IMG/VR virus record: IMGVR_UViG_3300030372_001953
Location: 1 to 30,863 of that record
DNA: 30,863 nt
Strand: one strand, 5' to 3'
Origin: a virus
Lineage: Duplodnaviria > Caudoviricetes
The notes below the pieces were generated by a model that made no database searches, was not told the DNA's origin, and worked only from the letters and a program-made list of their open reading frames with translations. Made by a program: the position numbers and the translations under genes. Below, piece after piece: positions 8,343 through 17,950 of this stretch. The number at the start of each line of letters is the position of its first letter. Within the stretch, counting starts at the first letter, position 1.

Positions 8343-8905
8343 TGGCAGGTGACACTTTTTCAAGTAAAGCAATTGGCGGTCGAATAACAACACAGAATGT
8401 TAGGGTAGACCGTTCAATGACAGCAGGAGCAATATCTGGTGTTGAAGCTATTGATAAAGCATTGAAAGAGTTTGAAAAAAAAGTAAGCAGAAAAGTTATA
8501 AAAAGTGCAATGACAAAAACTGCTGCAATGTTTAGAAAAGAAGTTAGAAAGAGAACTCCAAAGGGAAAAACTGGAAATCTTAGAAAGTCAGTAACAAGCA
8601 AGGTTAAAAGATTTGGTTCTTTTAAAACTCCAATGTTACTTGGTTCAGTTTATTACTCAAGGGAAAAAGGTAAAAAAGGTTTTCATGCTCATCTTTTAGA
8701 ATTAGGAACTGAAGAAAGAATTATTAAAGACTTTAGAGGACTAAAGAAGAGTGGTTATAGGAAAAGAGCAAAAAGGCAGAGTGTTGGAAGAATAAAGCCA
8801 ACTAAAATGGCTGCAACTGGTTTTGAAGTTGGTACTCCAAAAGCATTAAGAACATGGAGAAGAGCATTGGTTAAACAGTTAAGAAAATTAAAGGCAGTAA
8901 ACTAA
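8342..8905 (+). CDS. HK97 gp10-like tail completion protein
   Basis: Basic protein with TP...TGNLRKS and AHLLE.GT motifs; synteny. Confidence 0.85.
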   Translation: MAGDTFSSKAIGGRITTQNVRVDRSMTAGAISGVEAIDKALKEFEKKVSRKVIKSAMTKTAAMFRKEVRKRTPKGKTGNLRKSVTSKVKRFGSFKTPMLLGSVYYSREKGKKGFHAHLLELGTEERIIKDFRGLKKSGYRKRAKRQSVGRIKPTKMAATGFEVGTPKALRTWRRALVKQLRKLKAVN

Positions 8906-9312
8906 TGGCAGGAATTGAAGCATCAATTCGTACAATACTAACTTCTGATTCAGATGTTTCTGCATTAGTTAGTACAAGAATTTTTCCTTATATGAGGCAG
9001 CAAGGAACAGCATTTCCTGCTGTTGTTTATGAGCTAGATGACACAGAGCCACAGCAAGGTTTGGGTGGTTTTCAATCATTAACAAGATGTCAACTTAGTA
9101 TAGAAAATATTGCAGAAACTTATTCAGGTGCTAAAGACTTAGCATCAAAAGTAAGGAGTGCTTTAAATGGTTATTCAGGTACTAGTGCAGGTATAGCAAT
9201 CAAGTCACTAGTTCACGATAATGATATAGGAATTGTAGAAGATTCTAGGATAGGCAATAGTAGAGGAGTTTCTATTATTGAAAGTAGTTATATAGTTTGG
9301 TATTCAGAGTAA
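8905..9312 (+). CDS. Tail terminator (DUF3168-like)
   Basis: V.ALV..RIFP, P..VY and A..LA..VR.AL.G motifs; precedes the tail tube gene. Confidence 0.85.
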   Translation: MAGIEASIRTILTSDSDVSALVSTRIFPYMRQQGTAFPAVVYELDDTEPQQGLGGFQSLTRCQLSIENIAETYSGAKDLASKVRSALNGYSGTSAGIAIKSLVHDNDIGIVEDSRIGNSRGVSIIESSYIVWYSE

Positions 9313-9341
9313 ACGCTAATTAGAAAAAAGGAGATACCCAA

Positions 9342-9722
9342 ATGGGTGCAGTAACTTCCAACGGTACAACACTAACAATAGACAGTCAATTAATAGGTGA
9401 TGTCCTATCAATCAATGCTGTTTCAGTTTCAGTAACAACAATTGATTCATCAGATTTAGATTCATCTTGGAGAACTTTTATAGGTGGTCTTAAGGATGGC
9501 GGTGAATGTTCTTTTGAGGTGGCATATGACCCTTCAGGAACAGACCATCAAGCACTTGAAGCAGACATAGATGGAGCAGCAAAAGCAGTAAGTATTGCAT
9601 GGAGTGATTCAACAACTTGCACATTCTCAGGAATCATAACTTCATTTGCTCCAACAGCAACATTAGATGATAAACTAACTTTAAGTGTAGGCATGAAAAT
9701 TACTGGAGCAATTACATTCTAA
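9342..9722 (+). CDS. Major tail (tube) protein, minimal 126 aa
   Basis: ID.S.LDS..R.FI.GLKD.G, F.G.IT and K.TG motifs; AAGGAG RBS. Confidence 0.88.
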   Translation: MGAVTSNGTTLTIDSQLIGDVLSINAVSVSVTTIDSSDLDSSWRTFIGGLKDGGECSFEVAYDPSGTDHQALEADIDGAAKAVSIAWSDSTTCTFSGIITSFAPTATLDDKLTLSVGMKITGAITF

Positions 9723-9735
9723 TAAGGAATAAAAA

Positions 9736-10083
9736 ATGTTAGACAAAAAATCAATTCTTAATTCAGACGATTTACCAAGAGAAGAAGTTCATTGTGAACT
9801 TTGGCAAGGCTCTGTTTGGATTAGAACTATGAGTGGTCAAGAAAGAGATGAGTTTGAATCTTCTTGTGTAAGCAAGAAGGGTAAAGAAATGAATCTTAAA
9901 AACATCAGAGCAAGATTATGTGTTCTTTGTATCTGTAATGAAAAAGGTCAACGCCTTTTTGATGCTAGAGATATTGAAGCACTTGGAAAAAAATCTTCTA
10001 AGATGTTAGACCTATGTTTCTCAAAAGCTCAAGAATTGAATGGATTGTCTGCTGATGCTGTCGATGAATTAGCGGGAAACTAA
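9736..10083 (+). CDS. Tail assembly chaperone (gpG analogue)
   Basis: Lies between tail tube and tape measure; ends GCG GGA AAC TAA. Confidence 0.88.
   Translation: MLDKKSILNSDDLPREEVHCELWQGSVWIRTMSGQERDEFESSCVSKKGKEMNLKNIRARLCVLCICNEKGQRLFDARDIEALGKKSSKMLDLCFSKAQELNGLSADAVDELAGN
10074..10080 (+). other. Programmed -1 frameshift slippery site GGGAAAC
   Basis: X XXY YYZ heptamer directly before the stop; the -1 frame (GKLKARPERKFYFLLAKELG...) is open to 10418. Confidence 0.88.
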
Positions 10084-10418
10084 AAGCCCGCCCTGAAAGA
10101 AAGTTCTACTTTTTGCTAGCAAAAGAACTTGGAATGACTGTAAGACAGTTACTCCTAACAATAGATTCTAAAGAACTTTCAGAATGGGCGGGTTACTACT
10201 CGCTTGAACCTTTTGGCAGTCTCAGAGAACATGATGTTCCAGCAGGAATAATTGCAAGCACTATTGCAAATTGTAATAGGGCTAAGCATAGTAAATCATT
10301 TAAGCCAGAGGATTTCATGCCATTCTATAAAAAAGAATCAACAGTAATGGCAGAAGATGAAATGAAAAATGTAATGAGAATGATGGCACAAAAGCAAAAG
10401 GAAAAGAACAATGGCTAG
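10074..10418 (+). CDS. Frameshifted C-terminal part of the tail assembly chaperone (gpGT analogue)
   Basis: LA.ELG.TV..L, S.EL.EW..YY..EPFG and F...DFMP motifs; no independent strong start. Confidence 0.85.
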   Translation, partial: GKLKARPERKFYFLLAKELGMTVRQLLLTIDSKELSEWAGYYSLEPFGSLREHDVPAGIIASTIANCNRAKHSKSFKPEDFMPFYKKESTVMAEDEMKNVMRMMAQKQKEKNNG

Positions 10419-12675
10419 TGGTGGAACAGTTGGCAGTCTTTTTATTAATGTAAAAGCAAACACTATAGGTTTGCAAAAAGGATTGAACAAAGCCAGAGGA
10501 ATGCTAGGTTCATTTGGAAAGTTTGCTAAATCCCCTGTTGGAATGGCTCTTGTTGCTTTTGGTGGATTAACAGCAGGAGTTGCTTTATTAAGAAGAGCAT
10601 TGTCGAGTGTAATTAGTCAGTTCATGGAATTTGGTAAAGCAATGTCAGAAGTTAAGTCTGTCATGCTTGGTATTACTAATAGCGATTTTAAAAGATTAAC
10701 TGAGCAAGCAAAATTACTTGGAGCAACAACTGCAAACACTGCAACAGAAATTGCAAATGCACAGGCTAATTTAGCAAGAGCAGGTTTTAGTACAAGTGAA
10801 ATTGAAGCATCAGTTAAAGCAGTTTCTGATTTAGCAAATGCCACTGGTATGGAGATGGCAGAAGCATCAGATATTATTGCAGTTGGTGTTAGAGCGTTTG
10901 GATTAGAAGCAAGTGAAGCAGTAAGAGTTGCAGATGTTCTTGGAATGGCTGCATCAAAAACAAATACAACTGTTGCAGAACTTGGTGAAGGCATGAAGTT
11001 TGTTGCACCTGTTGCAAAGCAACTTGGATTTAGTATAGAAGAAACAAGTGCAATGCTTGGCAAACTTGCAGATGCAGGTTTAAAATCTACTCTTGGCGGT
11101 ACTGCATTAAGAAAGATAATGCTAGAACTTGGGCCTGCAATTAGCAAGGGAGGTACTCAAGCATTTTTTGAATTTATGAGTACTCAAAAAGGAGTAATAA
11201 AAAACTTTGAAACTTTTGGAGCAAGAGCAGTAACAGCAGCAGGAGTTTTACAAGATGTTTCTAAGGAAGTAAAAATACTAGAAGAAGAATTAAATAATGC
11301 TGCTGGAACAACAGACTTGATGGCTAAAATAAGTCTTGACAATTTATCAGGTGATGTTATTAAATTGCAATCAGCAATATCTGGTTTAGCATTAGCAATA
11401 GGAGATGAATTAGATGTTACTCTAAGAGAGGCTACACAGTCTGCTACAGGTTTTGTTGCAGCTCTTACAGCAGGCATAAATGAATTAAGTATTGAAACAA
11501 ATAAAGTTGCTTTAACAACACAAATTTGGAATGGCATACTATTAGGACTAAATGCAATACTTTTACTTGTTGTTGGAGTTGTAAAGTTTCTCTTTAATGC
11601 AATTCAAGCAATATCACAATTTATAGCTGGTGTAGTGGTTGGTGCAATAGGCGGTTTAATATTAGCTCTTGGTTTTTTGTTTGATGCTTTCAAAGCAGTG
11701 CTTAGTATATTTATGGACACTTCAGGATTAGATAGCATCAGTGATTTCTTTTTTGATACAAAAGATGATTTAATGGCTCTTTCAAAATCCTTGTTTATAA
11801 ATATGGAGGAAGATTCTAAAGAAGGGGTTCATGCAGTTACTACTGGTCTTGCTTCTGGTGTAAAGGCTCAGTATGAAGTTTTGTTTGGTTCTGGTAAATC
11901 AGCAGGTGAAGGTGTTGGAGATGGGATTAAAAAAGGCATTCAAGATTCAGTTGAAAAAGTAAAAGAAGAAACAGAAAAGATTGATAAAGTTCTTGCACAG
12001 AATTTAGAAAGTGCAGATAAATTAGTAACTAGACTGCAAGAGCAAATAGATACTTTTGGAATGTCTGCTGCTGAGGCTATAAAATATAAAGTAGGTTTGA
12101 AAGGTGTAACTTCTGAGAATGCAAACTTAGCAGTTGAATTAGAAAAGCAACTAGAAATAATGAAAGAAAAAAAGAAGGCAGATGAAAAAATTGCTGCTGA
12201 TGCACAAAGGGTTATTGAATCATTAAGGACACCAGAACAAATCTATGATGATGAAGTTTCTAAGTTGCAAAAAATGGTTGATGCAAAACTATTAACTCTT
12301 GAACAATTTGAAAAGGCAGTTAAGAATTTAAAAACAGAAGCAGAAGAACCAGTTGAAGTTAATATAGTTACAAAAGGAATTATTGAAGGTTTGCAATCTG
12401 CTTTGGGAACTATCAAAGTTGCTGGTCAAGTAAGCAAAACAGAAATGCTTGCAGAAAAATCTGTAAGCATACAAAAGAACATGGAGAAGTTGACAGACTC
12501 TATTAAGACATCTTCAGAAGTAACAGCGAATGTACTAGAAAATTCAGTATCAACTTTAAGCAATGAGAATTTAGAACAACTTGCAAAAGAGGGTAATGAA
12601 ATAAATAAAAAAGGTTTTGATTCAATAGTAGATAGACTAGAAAAACTTAACACAATGGGCAGTCCTTTAACATGA
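10411..12675 (+). CDS. Tape measure protein (TP901-family core)
   Basis: 754 aa, Ala/Gly-rich helical, A..LG..T, LARAGF, G.K...GGTALR, DNL.GD; hydrophobic middle segment. Confidence 0.93.
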   Translation: MASGGTVGSLFINVKANTIGLQKGLNKARGMLGSFGKFAKSPVGMALVAFGGLTAGVALLRRALSSVISQFMEFGKAMSEVKSVMLGITNSDFKRLTEQAKLLGATTANTATEIANAQANLARAGFSTSEIEASVKAVSDLANATGMEMAEASDIIAVGVRAFGLEASEAVRVADVLGMAASKTNTTVAELGEGMKFVAPVAKQLGFSIEETSAMLGKLADAGLKSTLGGTALRKIMLELGPAISKGGTQAFFEFMSTQKGVIKNFETFGARAVTAAGVLQDVSKEVKILEEELNNAAGTTDLMAKISLDNLSGDVIKLQSAISGLALAIGDELDVTLREATQSATGFVAALTAGINELSIETNKVALTTQIWNGILLGLNAILLLVVGVVKFLFNAIQAISQFIAGVVVGAIGGLILALGFLFDAFKAVLSIFMDTSGLDSISDFFFDTKDDLMALSKSLFINMEEDSKEGVHAVTTGLASGVKAQYEVLFGSGKSAGEGVGDGIKKGIQDSVEKVKEETEKIDKVLAQNLESADKLVTRLQEQIDTFGMSAAEAIKYKVGLKGVTSENANLAVELEKQLEIMKEKKKADEKIAADAQRVIESLRTPEQIYDDEVSKLQKMVDAKLLTLEQFEKAVKNLKTEAEEPVEVNIVTKGIIEGLQSALGTIKVAGQVSKTEMLAEKSVSIQKNMEKLTDSIKTSSEVTANVLENSVSTLSNENLEQLAKEGNEINKKGFDSIVDRLEKLNTMGSPLT

Positions 12676-13616
12676 GTATTAAATACACAGAGCAAATAGG
12701 AAGTAGAAGCATCAGTAGGAACAAGGGAAGTTTTACTGCATCAAGAAACTTTTTAGTTTATGATGATGATTCTACTGTTGTTTTGACAGTTGCTGATGCA
12801 ATTAACTTTTCAGGAGGAGTAAGGTTTTCTGATGGACACCCTGAAATAGAAGGAGTTTTTGCAAACAGTTATTCAATTCAACCTGTAAATGATAGAGCAT
12901 ACACATACACAGTTACTTGGAATTATGCACAGCCTTTTGAAGAGAATGATGCTGGTGGTTCTGATGACCCCTTTATAGGTAATCCAGATAACACAACAAT
13001 AAATCCTGTTAATGATGGTGGAGTGTTAGACCCGCCAACAGGAGGAGAGCAAGAGCAAGGTGAAGATGATGTTCTTGGTGATGATGGTGTTGGTGAAGAT
13101 GATAATGATACAGATACAGAAACAACAAGAACTTTTAATGGAGTTTCATTAACAACAGGATTAGCACTGGTTGATGGTTATGTTGCAGGTGCTGCTATTC
13201 CTGCAAATGGTGCAGAAACTGGAAGTGCTATAACTGGTGGAACAGTAGTACATGAAGGAGGAGAGCCTGTAACAGTTCCAGTTCCAACAACTGAAATATC
13301 TTTGAGTGAAACTGTTTTTGGTGCATACTTTTATTTGAACGATGTTCAACTTAAAGCAGGAAAAAGAAACTCAAAAAGTTTTTATGGCTTTAATGCAGGC
13401 AGCGTTTTATTTAAAGGGATGTCAGTACAAAGACAAGAATATAATAAGTGGGATGTAACTTACACATTTATTTGGGATGCACAAAGCCATATGAGGCAAG
13501 TGCCTAATAGATTAGATAGCGGTGAACCAGATTGGAATGATACCTCACCACCTACATTAGACATATTTTTTAAACAACCTTTTCCAAGTCTTACAGACTT
13601 TAGTTTTGCACCATGA
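12672..13616 (+). CDS. Putative tail tip/hub protein with an acidic low-complexity insert
   Basis: First gene after the tape measure; beta-rich; D/E/G-rich central segment. Function inferred from position only. Confidence 0.55.
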   Translation: MSIKYTEQIGSRSISRNKGSFTASRNFLVYDDDSTVVLTVADAINFSGGVRFSDGHPEIEGVFANSYSIQPVNDRAYTYTVTWNYAQPFEENDAGGSDDPFIGNPDNTTINPVNDGGVLDPPTGGEQEQGEDDVLGDDGVGEDDNDTDTETTRTFNGVSLTTGLALVDGYVAGAAIPANGAETGSAITGGTVVHEGGEPVTVPVPTTEISLSETVFGAYFYLNDVQLKAGKRNSKSFYGFNAGSVLFKGMSVQRQEYNKWDVTYTFIWDAQSHMRQVPNRLDSGEPDWNDTSPPTLDIFFKQPFPSLTDFSFAP

Positions 13617-14302
13617 CAAAAGGACAATATCCATCTATCTCAACTGGCTTAGGTAATCTTACTCCTGATTTGTGGAGGCGTATGATGACTATGTTAAATT
13701 CTTTTGAACAAAAGAATAGAGATGAAACAAGTAATAGAAATTTAAATAAAGATACAAAACCTTTTCTTGCAAGAATAGATAAAGCAAAATGTATTGGTGA
13801 TAATAGATACAAATATGCTTGGACGGAAGTTTATTTAAAAGATGATAATACAGTTGCTGTTGTAACTAATGGTAGAACATCAACTGGTGATACTGATGAG
13901 TATGATTATGCAGCAATAAATTTATTAGAGATTGCTAACACAGCAAGCAGAGGCTCTGTAGGTGTAAACCTTGGTTCATTAGATTATCCAAGCGGCTATA
14001 ACTTGCAATGTTTAGGTGGAGGTTATGCAACAGGTTCAAGTGAAGTTACTCCTAATGTTTTGCCAATAGTTGTAATGAATAGAGTTGGGGGTAGAAGTGT
14101 TGAAACTGTTGCAAGATATGTTTTTGGAAATACAAATGAAAATGATGGCTCATGCAACTTTGATAGTGTACAAGTAACAGATGGTGTTACAGAGCCAGCA
14201 CATGAAAGTGGAGTAGCAAAAATATTTGTCGATACTACAAGCGGTGATTTGAAAGTAGTATTTGGTGATGATGTTGTAAAAACAATAGTAACGGATAGTT
14301 AG
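13613..14302 (+). CDS. Putative tail protein
   Basis: ATGA coupling within the tail operon; Y.Y.W.EV motif; family not recognised. Confidence 0.55.
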   Translation: MTKGQYPSISTGLGNLTPDLWRRMMTMLNSFEQKNRDETSNRNLNKDTKPFLARIDKAKCIGDNRYKYAWTEVYLKDDNTVAVVTNGRTSTGDTDEYDYAAINLLEIANTASRGSVGVNLGSLDYPSGYNLQCLGGGYATGSSEVTPNVLPIVVMNRVGGRSVETVARYVFGNTNENDGSCNFDSVQVTDGVTEPAHESGVAKIFVDTTSGDLKVVFGDDVVKTIVTDS

Positions 14303-14303
14303 T

Positions 14304-15326
14304 ATGACTGCTCATAGAAAATCATGTTGCTTGGATTGTGGTGAACCAGATTGGGTTGAAGTAAATAAAACTTTACCTACTGCATATACCTGTACAACAT
14401 ACACAGCAGACATTTGCCCATCAACTATGGATGGTGGTAATTGTGATTTTACAATAAGTACAACTGTTGCTGCTGATTTTGAGTATCCTGATTCTGGGAA
14501 GAGTTCATGTTCATCAAGTGAAGAAGAAACATTTACAGGCAGTTGTGAAACAAATGGTGATGGTGGTTCACCTAATTGTGATTATGCTTCTAGTGTTTGG
14601 ACTTCAGCAGATTGTTCTGCAACTTGTTCTACTGGAGCATATGATTTTTCTTATGTTTGTCAATCCTATAGTGGTTCTGCTGGTTATAGTAATAAAACAG
14701 TTAGTTGGAACGCTCCAACAAAAAGATTAGTTCCTGATGTAACTGTTAGAACTGGTTTTAGTGTTTCTTGGGATTCTGATAGAACCTTTGGTGGCTCATG
14801 CAATCCTACTACAAGGAAGATTAAAAAGGCAACAATAGAAGTAAATGTTAGTGCTGTTATCTTAAGGTTATATGTAAAAGTTAGTGCAGTATCAAATCAA
14901 ATATGGAAATATACAATTGGCAGTTGTGATGAGTTAGATGATTCTACTACTAAAATAAATGCCCAATCACATGATACAGAATCATGGTCTTTAGGAATTT
15001 CTGCAACAGATGGTGATTCAAGATTAGTTGCAGATTATATACCAGTAGCAGAAACAGAAGTTAGTGATGGTTCTAGTGTACAAGTTAATTTTACTTATCC
15101 AGATAAAATTGGTTTTCAAACTGATATGATGTTTGAAGTTGACCCCACTATATCAAGTTGTGGTACTGCTACAGAATATAGATGGACTGCACAAAGCGGA
15201 TTAATACAAAGAACAACTTCTGGTTCTTGGGATTTATACAGATGTCTTAGCGGTGAGCTAGGTGGTACTTGGTCAACCACTGGTGTGGGAAGTGAAATTA
15301 ATAGTGTGACGGTGGCAATATCATGA
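14304..15326 (+). CDS. Cys/Ser/Thr-rich putative virion or receptor-binding protein
   Basis: 340 aa with 16 Cys, N-terminal SCCLDC; lies in the tail operon. Confidence 0.6.
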   Translation: MTAHRKSCCLDCGEPDWVEVNKTLPTAYTCTTYTADICPSTMDGGNCDFTISTTVAADFEYPDSGKSSCSSSEEETFTGSCETNGDGGSPNCDYASSVWTSADCSATCSTGAYDFSYVCQSYSGSAGYSNKTVSWNAPTKRLVPDVTVRTGFSVSWDSDRTFGGSCNPTTRKIKKATIEVNVSAVILRLYVKVSAVSNQIWKYTIGSCDELDDSTTKINAQSHDTESWSLGISATDGDSRLVADYIPVAETEVSDGSSVQVNFTYPDKIGFQTDMMFEVDPTISSCGTATEYRWTAQSGLIQRTTSGSWDLYRCLSGELGGTWSTTGVGSEINSVTVAIS

Positions 15327-15691
15327 AGCATGAATTGAGTTATGAATACAAAGATAAAGAATACTTAGTAAGTTTAGATTTAACAGATAAACCAGTAATT
15401 ACAGATTATTCTATTATTGGTAATAAAGAACCTACAGAAAATATAGTTACAAAAAAATCTGGTTGTACATCTTGTAGTGCTAAAAAATTAAAGCGTTTCA
15501 TAGATGGTGGGATAGGTTTACTTAAATCAGAACTTGGAATAGATGCTTGTGACCAATCTACGATAATAGATAGGAAAGACTTGTGTTTAAAATGTGAACA
15601 TTATGATTTTGGAGTTTGCAATAGTTGCGGCTGTTTTTGTGCAGCAAAAGTAAAGTTGAAATCAGAGAGATGTCCAAAAGGAAAGTGGTGA
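15323..15691 (+). CDS. Small Cys-rich protein with a DUF6171-like C-terminus
   Basis: R...C..C......C..CGC....K......CP.GKW pattern; 10 Cys. Confidence 0.65.
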   Translation: MKHELSYEYKDKEYLVSLDLTDKPVITDYSIIGNKEPTENIVTKKSGCTSCSAKKLKRFIDGGIGLLKSELGIDACDQSTIIDRKDLCLKCEHYDFGVCNSCGCFCAAKVKLKSERCPKGKW

Positions 15692-15695
15692 ATAA

Positions 15696-16523
15696 ATGGC
15701 AACATTAACATGGATTGGTGCAGATGGAAACTGGAATACAGCAGCAAGTTGGTCTACTGGGGCTTTGCCTACAAATGGAGATGATGTTTATTTTGTTAGT
15801 GGTAGCAATGATGTAACTACTGGCCCGACATCAGCAGTAAATCTTAACAGTATAAATTTTGGCACAAAGTGGTCAGGCAGTGCAGTAAAAATTACCACCA
15901 ATGCAACTACTATTGATTATGCAAATAAATCTGGAACAGTAATTTTAGAAGGAACTTATACAACTATAAATGTACAAGCAACATCAGGTGATAATCCAGC
16001 ATTAACTTTAGATGATTCAACTATTACAACAATGAGAATCACAGGTGGTTCAGGAACTGTTTTAATCCAATCTAATACATCGGTGTCTGGTGCAATAGAT
16101 ATGATTGGATGCAAAAGTGCAAGGCTTGAAATTGAAGCAGGTTCAAATGTTAGTGCAGCAGATATAACAATTGATGCAGGCAGAGTTGTTTCTTATGAAG
16201 AGTTGGATAGCATAACCCAATACGGTGGTGTAGTAACTATGGCTAATGCTGGTGGAACAACTAATACAGTTAATCTTTACAAAGGCATTCTGAAATATCA
16301 ACCAACATCTACAGCAACTCTAACTACTTTAACTGTATATGGTGGATACTTTGACCTAAGAGGCTGCAATACACCAACACATACAATTACTAACACTTCT
16401 ATTTATTCTGGAGGAATGATTGATGAAAGGAATGGATTGAGTAATACAACTTGGACAAATCCAATAAATTCTTTTCAAGGAGTTTTTGTTCCAGACAATT
16501 CAAGAAGCATAACGGTAACTTAA
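15696..16523 (+). CDS. Beta-helical adhesin/tail-appendage-like protein, paralog 1
   Basis: TW.GADGNW.TA.SWS.G..P..GDDV.F start resembling autotransporter passenger repeats; repeated GG-containing strands. Confidence 0.65.
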   Translation: MATLTWIGADGNWNTAASWSTGALPTNGDDVYFVSGSNDVTTGPTSAVNLNSINFGTKWSGSAVKITTNATTIDYANKSGTVILEGTYTTINVQATSGDNPALTLDDSTITTMRITGGSGTVLIQSNTSVSGAIDMIGCKSARLEIEAGSNVSAADITIDAGRVVSYEELDSITQYGGVVTMANAGGTTNTVNLYKGILKYQPTSTATLTTLTVYGGYFDLRGCNTPTHTITNTSIYSGGMIDERNGLSNTTWTNPINSFQGVFVPDNSRSITVT

Positions 16524-16525
16524 TA

Positions 16526-17950
16526 ATGGCAGTAACTACAACATTAAATCCAACTGGTGATACTTTTTTAAGACAAGACCAAGCAACAACAAATTATGGT
16601 ACTTCTGTACTTTTGAGAGTTGGTCAGTTTTCAGGAGGAAATAGAAGGCATGGTTTGCTTCAATTTAGTACAAGCTCTTTTACTTATCCATCAAGAATAG
16701 TATCTTCAGTTCTAACTCTAACTGAACAAAATACTTTTGGAACAACAACTAGAACAATGAAGTTGTGCAGGAATACACAAACTGCAACTAACACAGCAAC
16801 AGCCACATGGTCAACTTATGATGGTTCAACTTCTTGGTCAGATGGTGGTGAAGCAGATTCTGCACAGACAGAGCCAATGTATTCTGTAAGTGTTGGGAAC
16901 TCTGTTGGCAATGCAGTTTTAGATATAAATGATTTAGTTGTAGATAGCGTTGTAAGAAGAGGTGATGAACTTGATATGATTCTTTGCTTTGACAAAACAG
17001 ACACAAACACAAGTGATATTGGTAATTCTATTTTTTATTCAGTTGATAATTCAAGTGCAAGTGATAGACCTAAATTAGTTGTAAAAGAAGCAGAAGTATT
17101 TTATTGGACAGGTGCAGCAGGAACAGATGCAGATACTGCTAGGAATTGGATTAAAGAAACTGATGGCTCTTTTGCAGTTCCAACTAATAATGATTATGTA
17201 TATTTTAATTCTGGAAGTGTAGATGTTCTGTCTGGAACTATCAATTGTGATTCAATGTTTGTTAGTGAAGGTTATACAGGAAATATAGGCACTTCATCAA
17301 CTGCTATAACAATTCGTGCAGATGGAGATAGAACTTTAGTTGATGACAAAAAGTTAGTGATTAATAAAAAGTCAGGTATATTTAATTTGTCAGCGTACAC
17401 ATTAACTAAGCAAAGTGTATACATTTCAAATTGTCCTGAAGGATGTAAATATACTGGTGCAGTTTCTTTTAACTGTTACATAAATAGAACTAGTGGTAAT
17501 GTAGATATAGTTGGAGATTCTAATTTAATTACTACAGGTGATGAAGCATCAAGGATAACAACAAGTGGAACTGCAACAAGTATAAAAAGCATTGATGGAA
17601 ATATTACTTTAGATAATGGTTGTAATGATTTCATTATTGTTAATACAAAAATGTTTTGCACTTCAGGAAATATAGCACAGAGTGGAACAAGTTATATTGT
17701 TGATAATTCAACTGTTAATTTTTTAGGATTAGAAACTGGAGCAGACATTAATATATTTAATGGCAGTCTGAATTTTAAAAACAATTCTAATGCTTCAATT
17801 ACTACTGAAGATATTCTTTTGTGGAGGAATGGATTTTTTGACCCAAGAACAGAAGTAGGTGCTTGGAATAATACAGCAAGTCCATCAATAACTATAAGGG
17901 GTGGTGGTAAGTTCATTGTAGATAGTGGGCGAACACTAACAGTTACATGA
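16526..17950 (+). CDS. DNRLRE/CBM96-like domain fused to a beta-helical domain, paralog 2
   Basis: DTFL......TNYG...L.VG, R.GLLQF, ATW, FYS and RPKL.V motifs; C-terminal part resembles 15696-16523. ATG 16526 follows the upstream stop. Confidence 0.72.
   Translation: MAVTTTLNPTGDTFLRQDQATTNYGTSVLLRVGQFSGGNRRHGLLQFSTSSFTYPSRIVSSVLTLTEQNTFGTTTRTMKLCRNTQTATNTATATWSTYDGSTSWSDGGEADSAQTEPMYSVSVGNSVGNAVLDINDLVVDSVVRRGDELDMILCFDKTDTNTSDIGNSIFYSVDNSSASDRPKLVVKEAEVFYWTGAAGTDADTARNWIKETDGSFAVPTNNDYVYFNSGSVDVLSGTINCDSMFVSEGYTGNIGTSSTAITIRADGDRTLVDDKKLVINKKSGIFNLSAYTLTKQSVYISNCPEGCKYTGAVSFNCYINRTSGNVDIVGDSNLITTGDEASRITTSGTATSIKSIDGNITLDNGCNDFIIVNTKMFCTSGNIAQSGTSYIVDNSTVNFLGLETGADINIFNGSLNFKNNSNASITTEDILLWRNGFFDPRTEVGAWNNTASPSITIRGGGKFIVDSGRTLTVT

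Noticed and set aside
10617-11537. Long antisense ORFs within the tape measure gene, and similar shadow ORFs across the track
   Set aside because: Mirror frames of well-supported genes, with no RBS or motifs.
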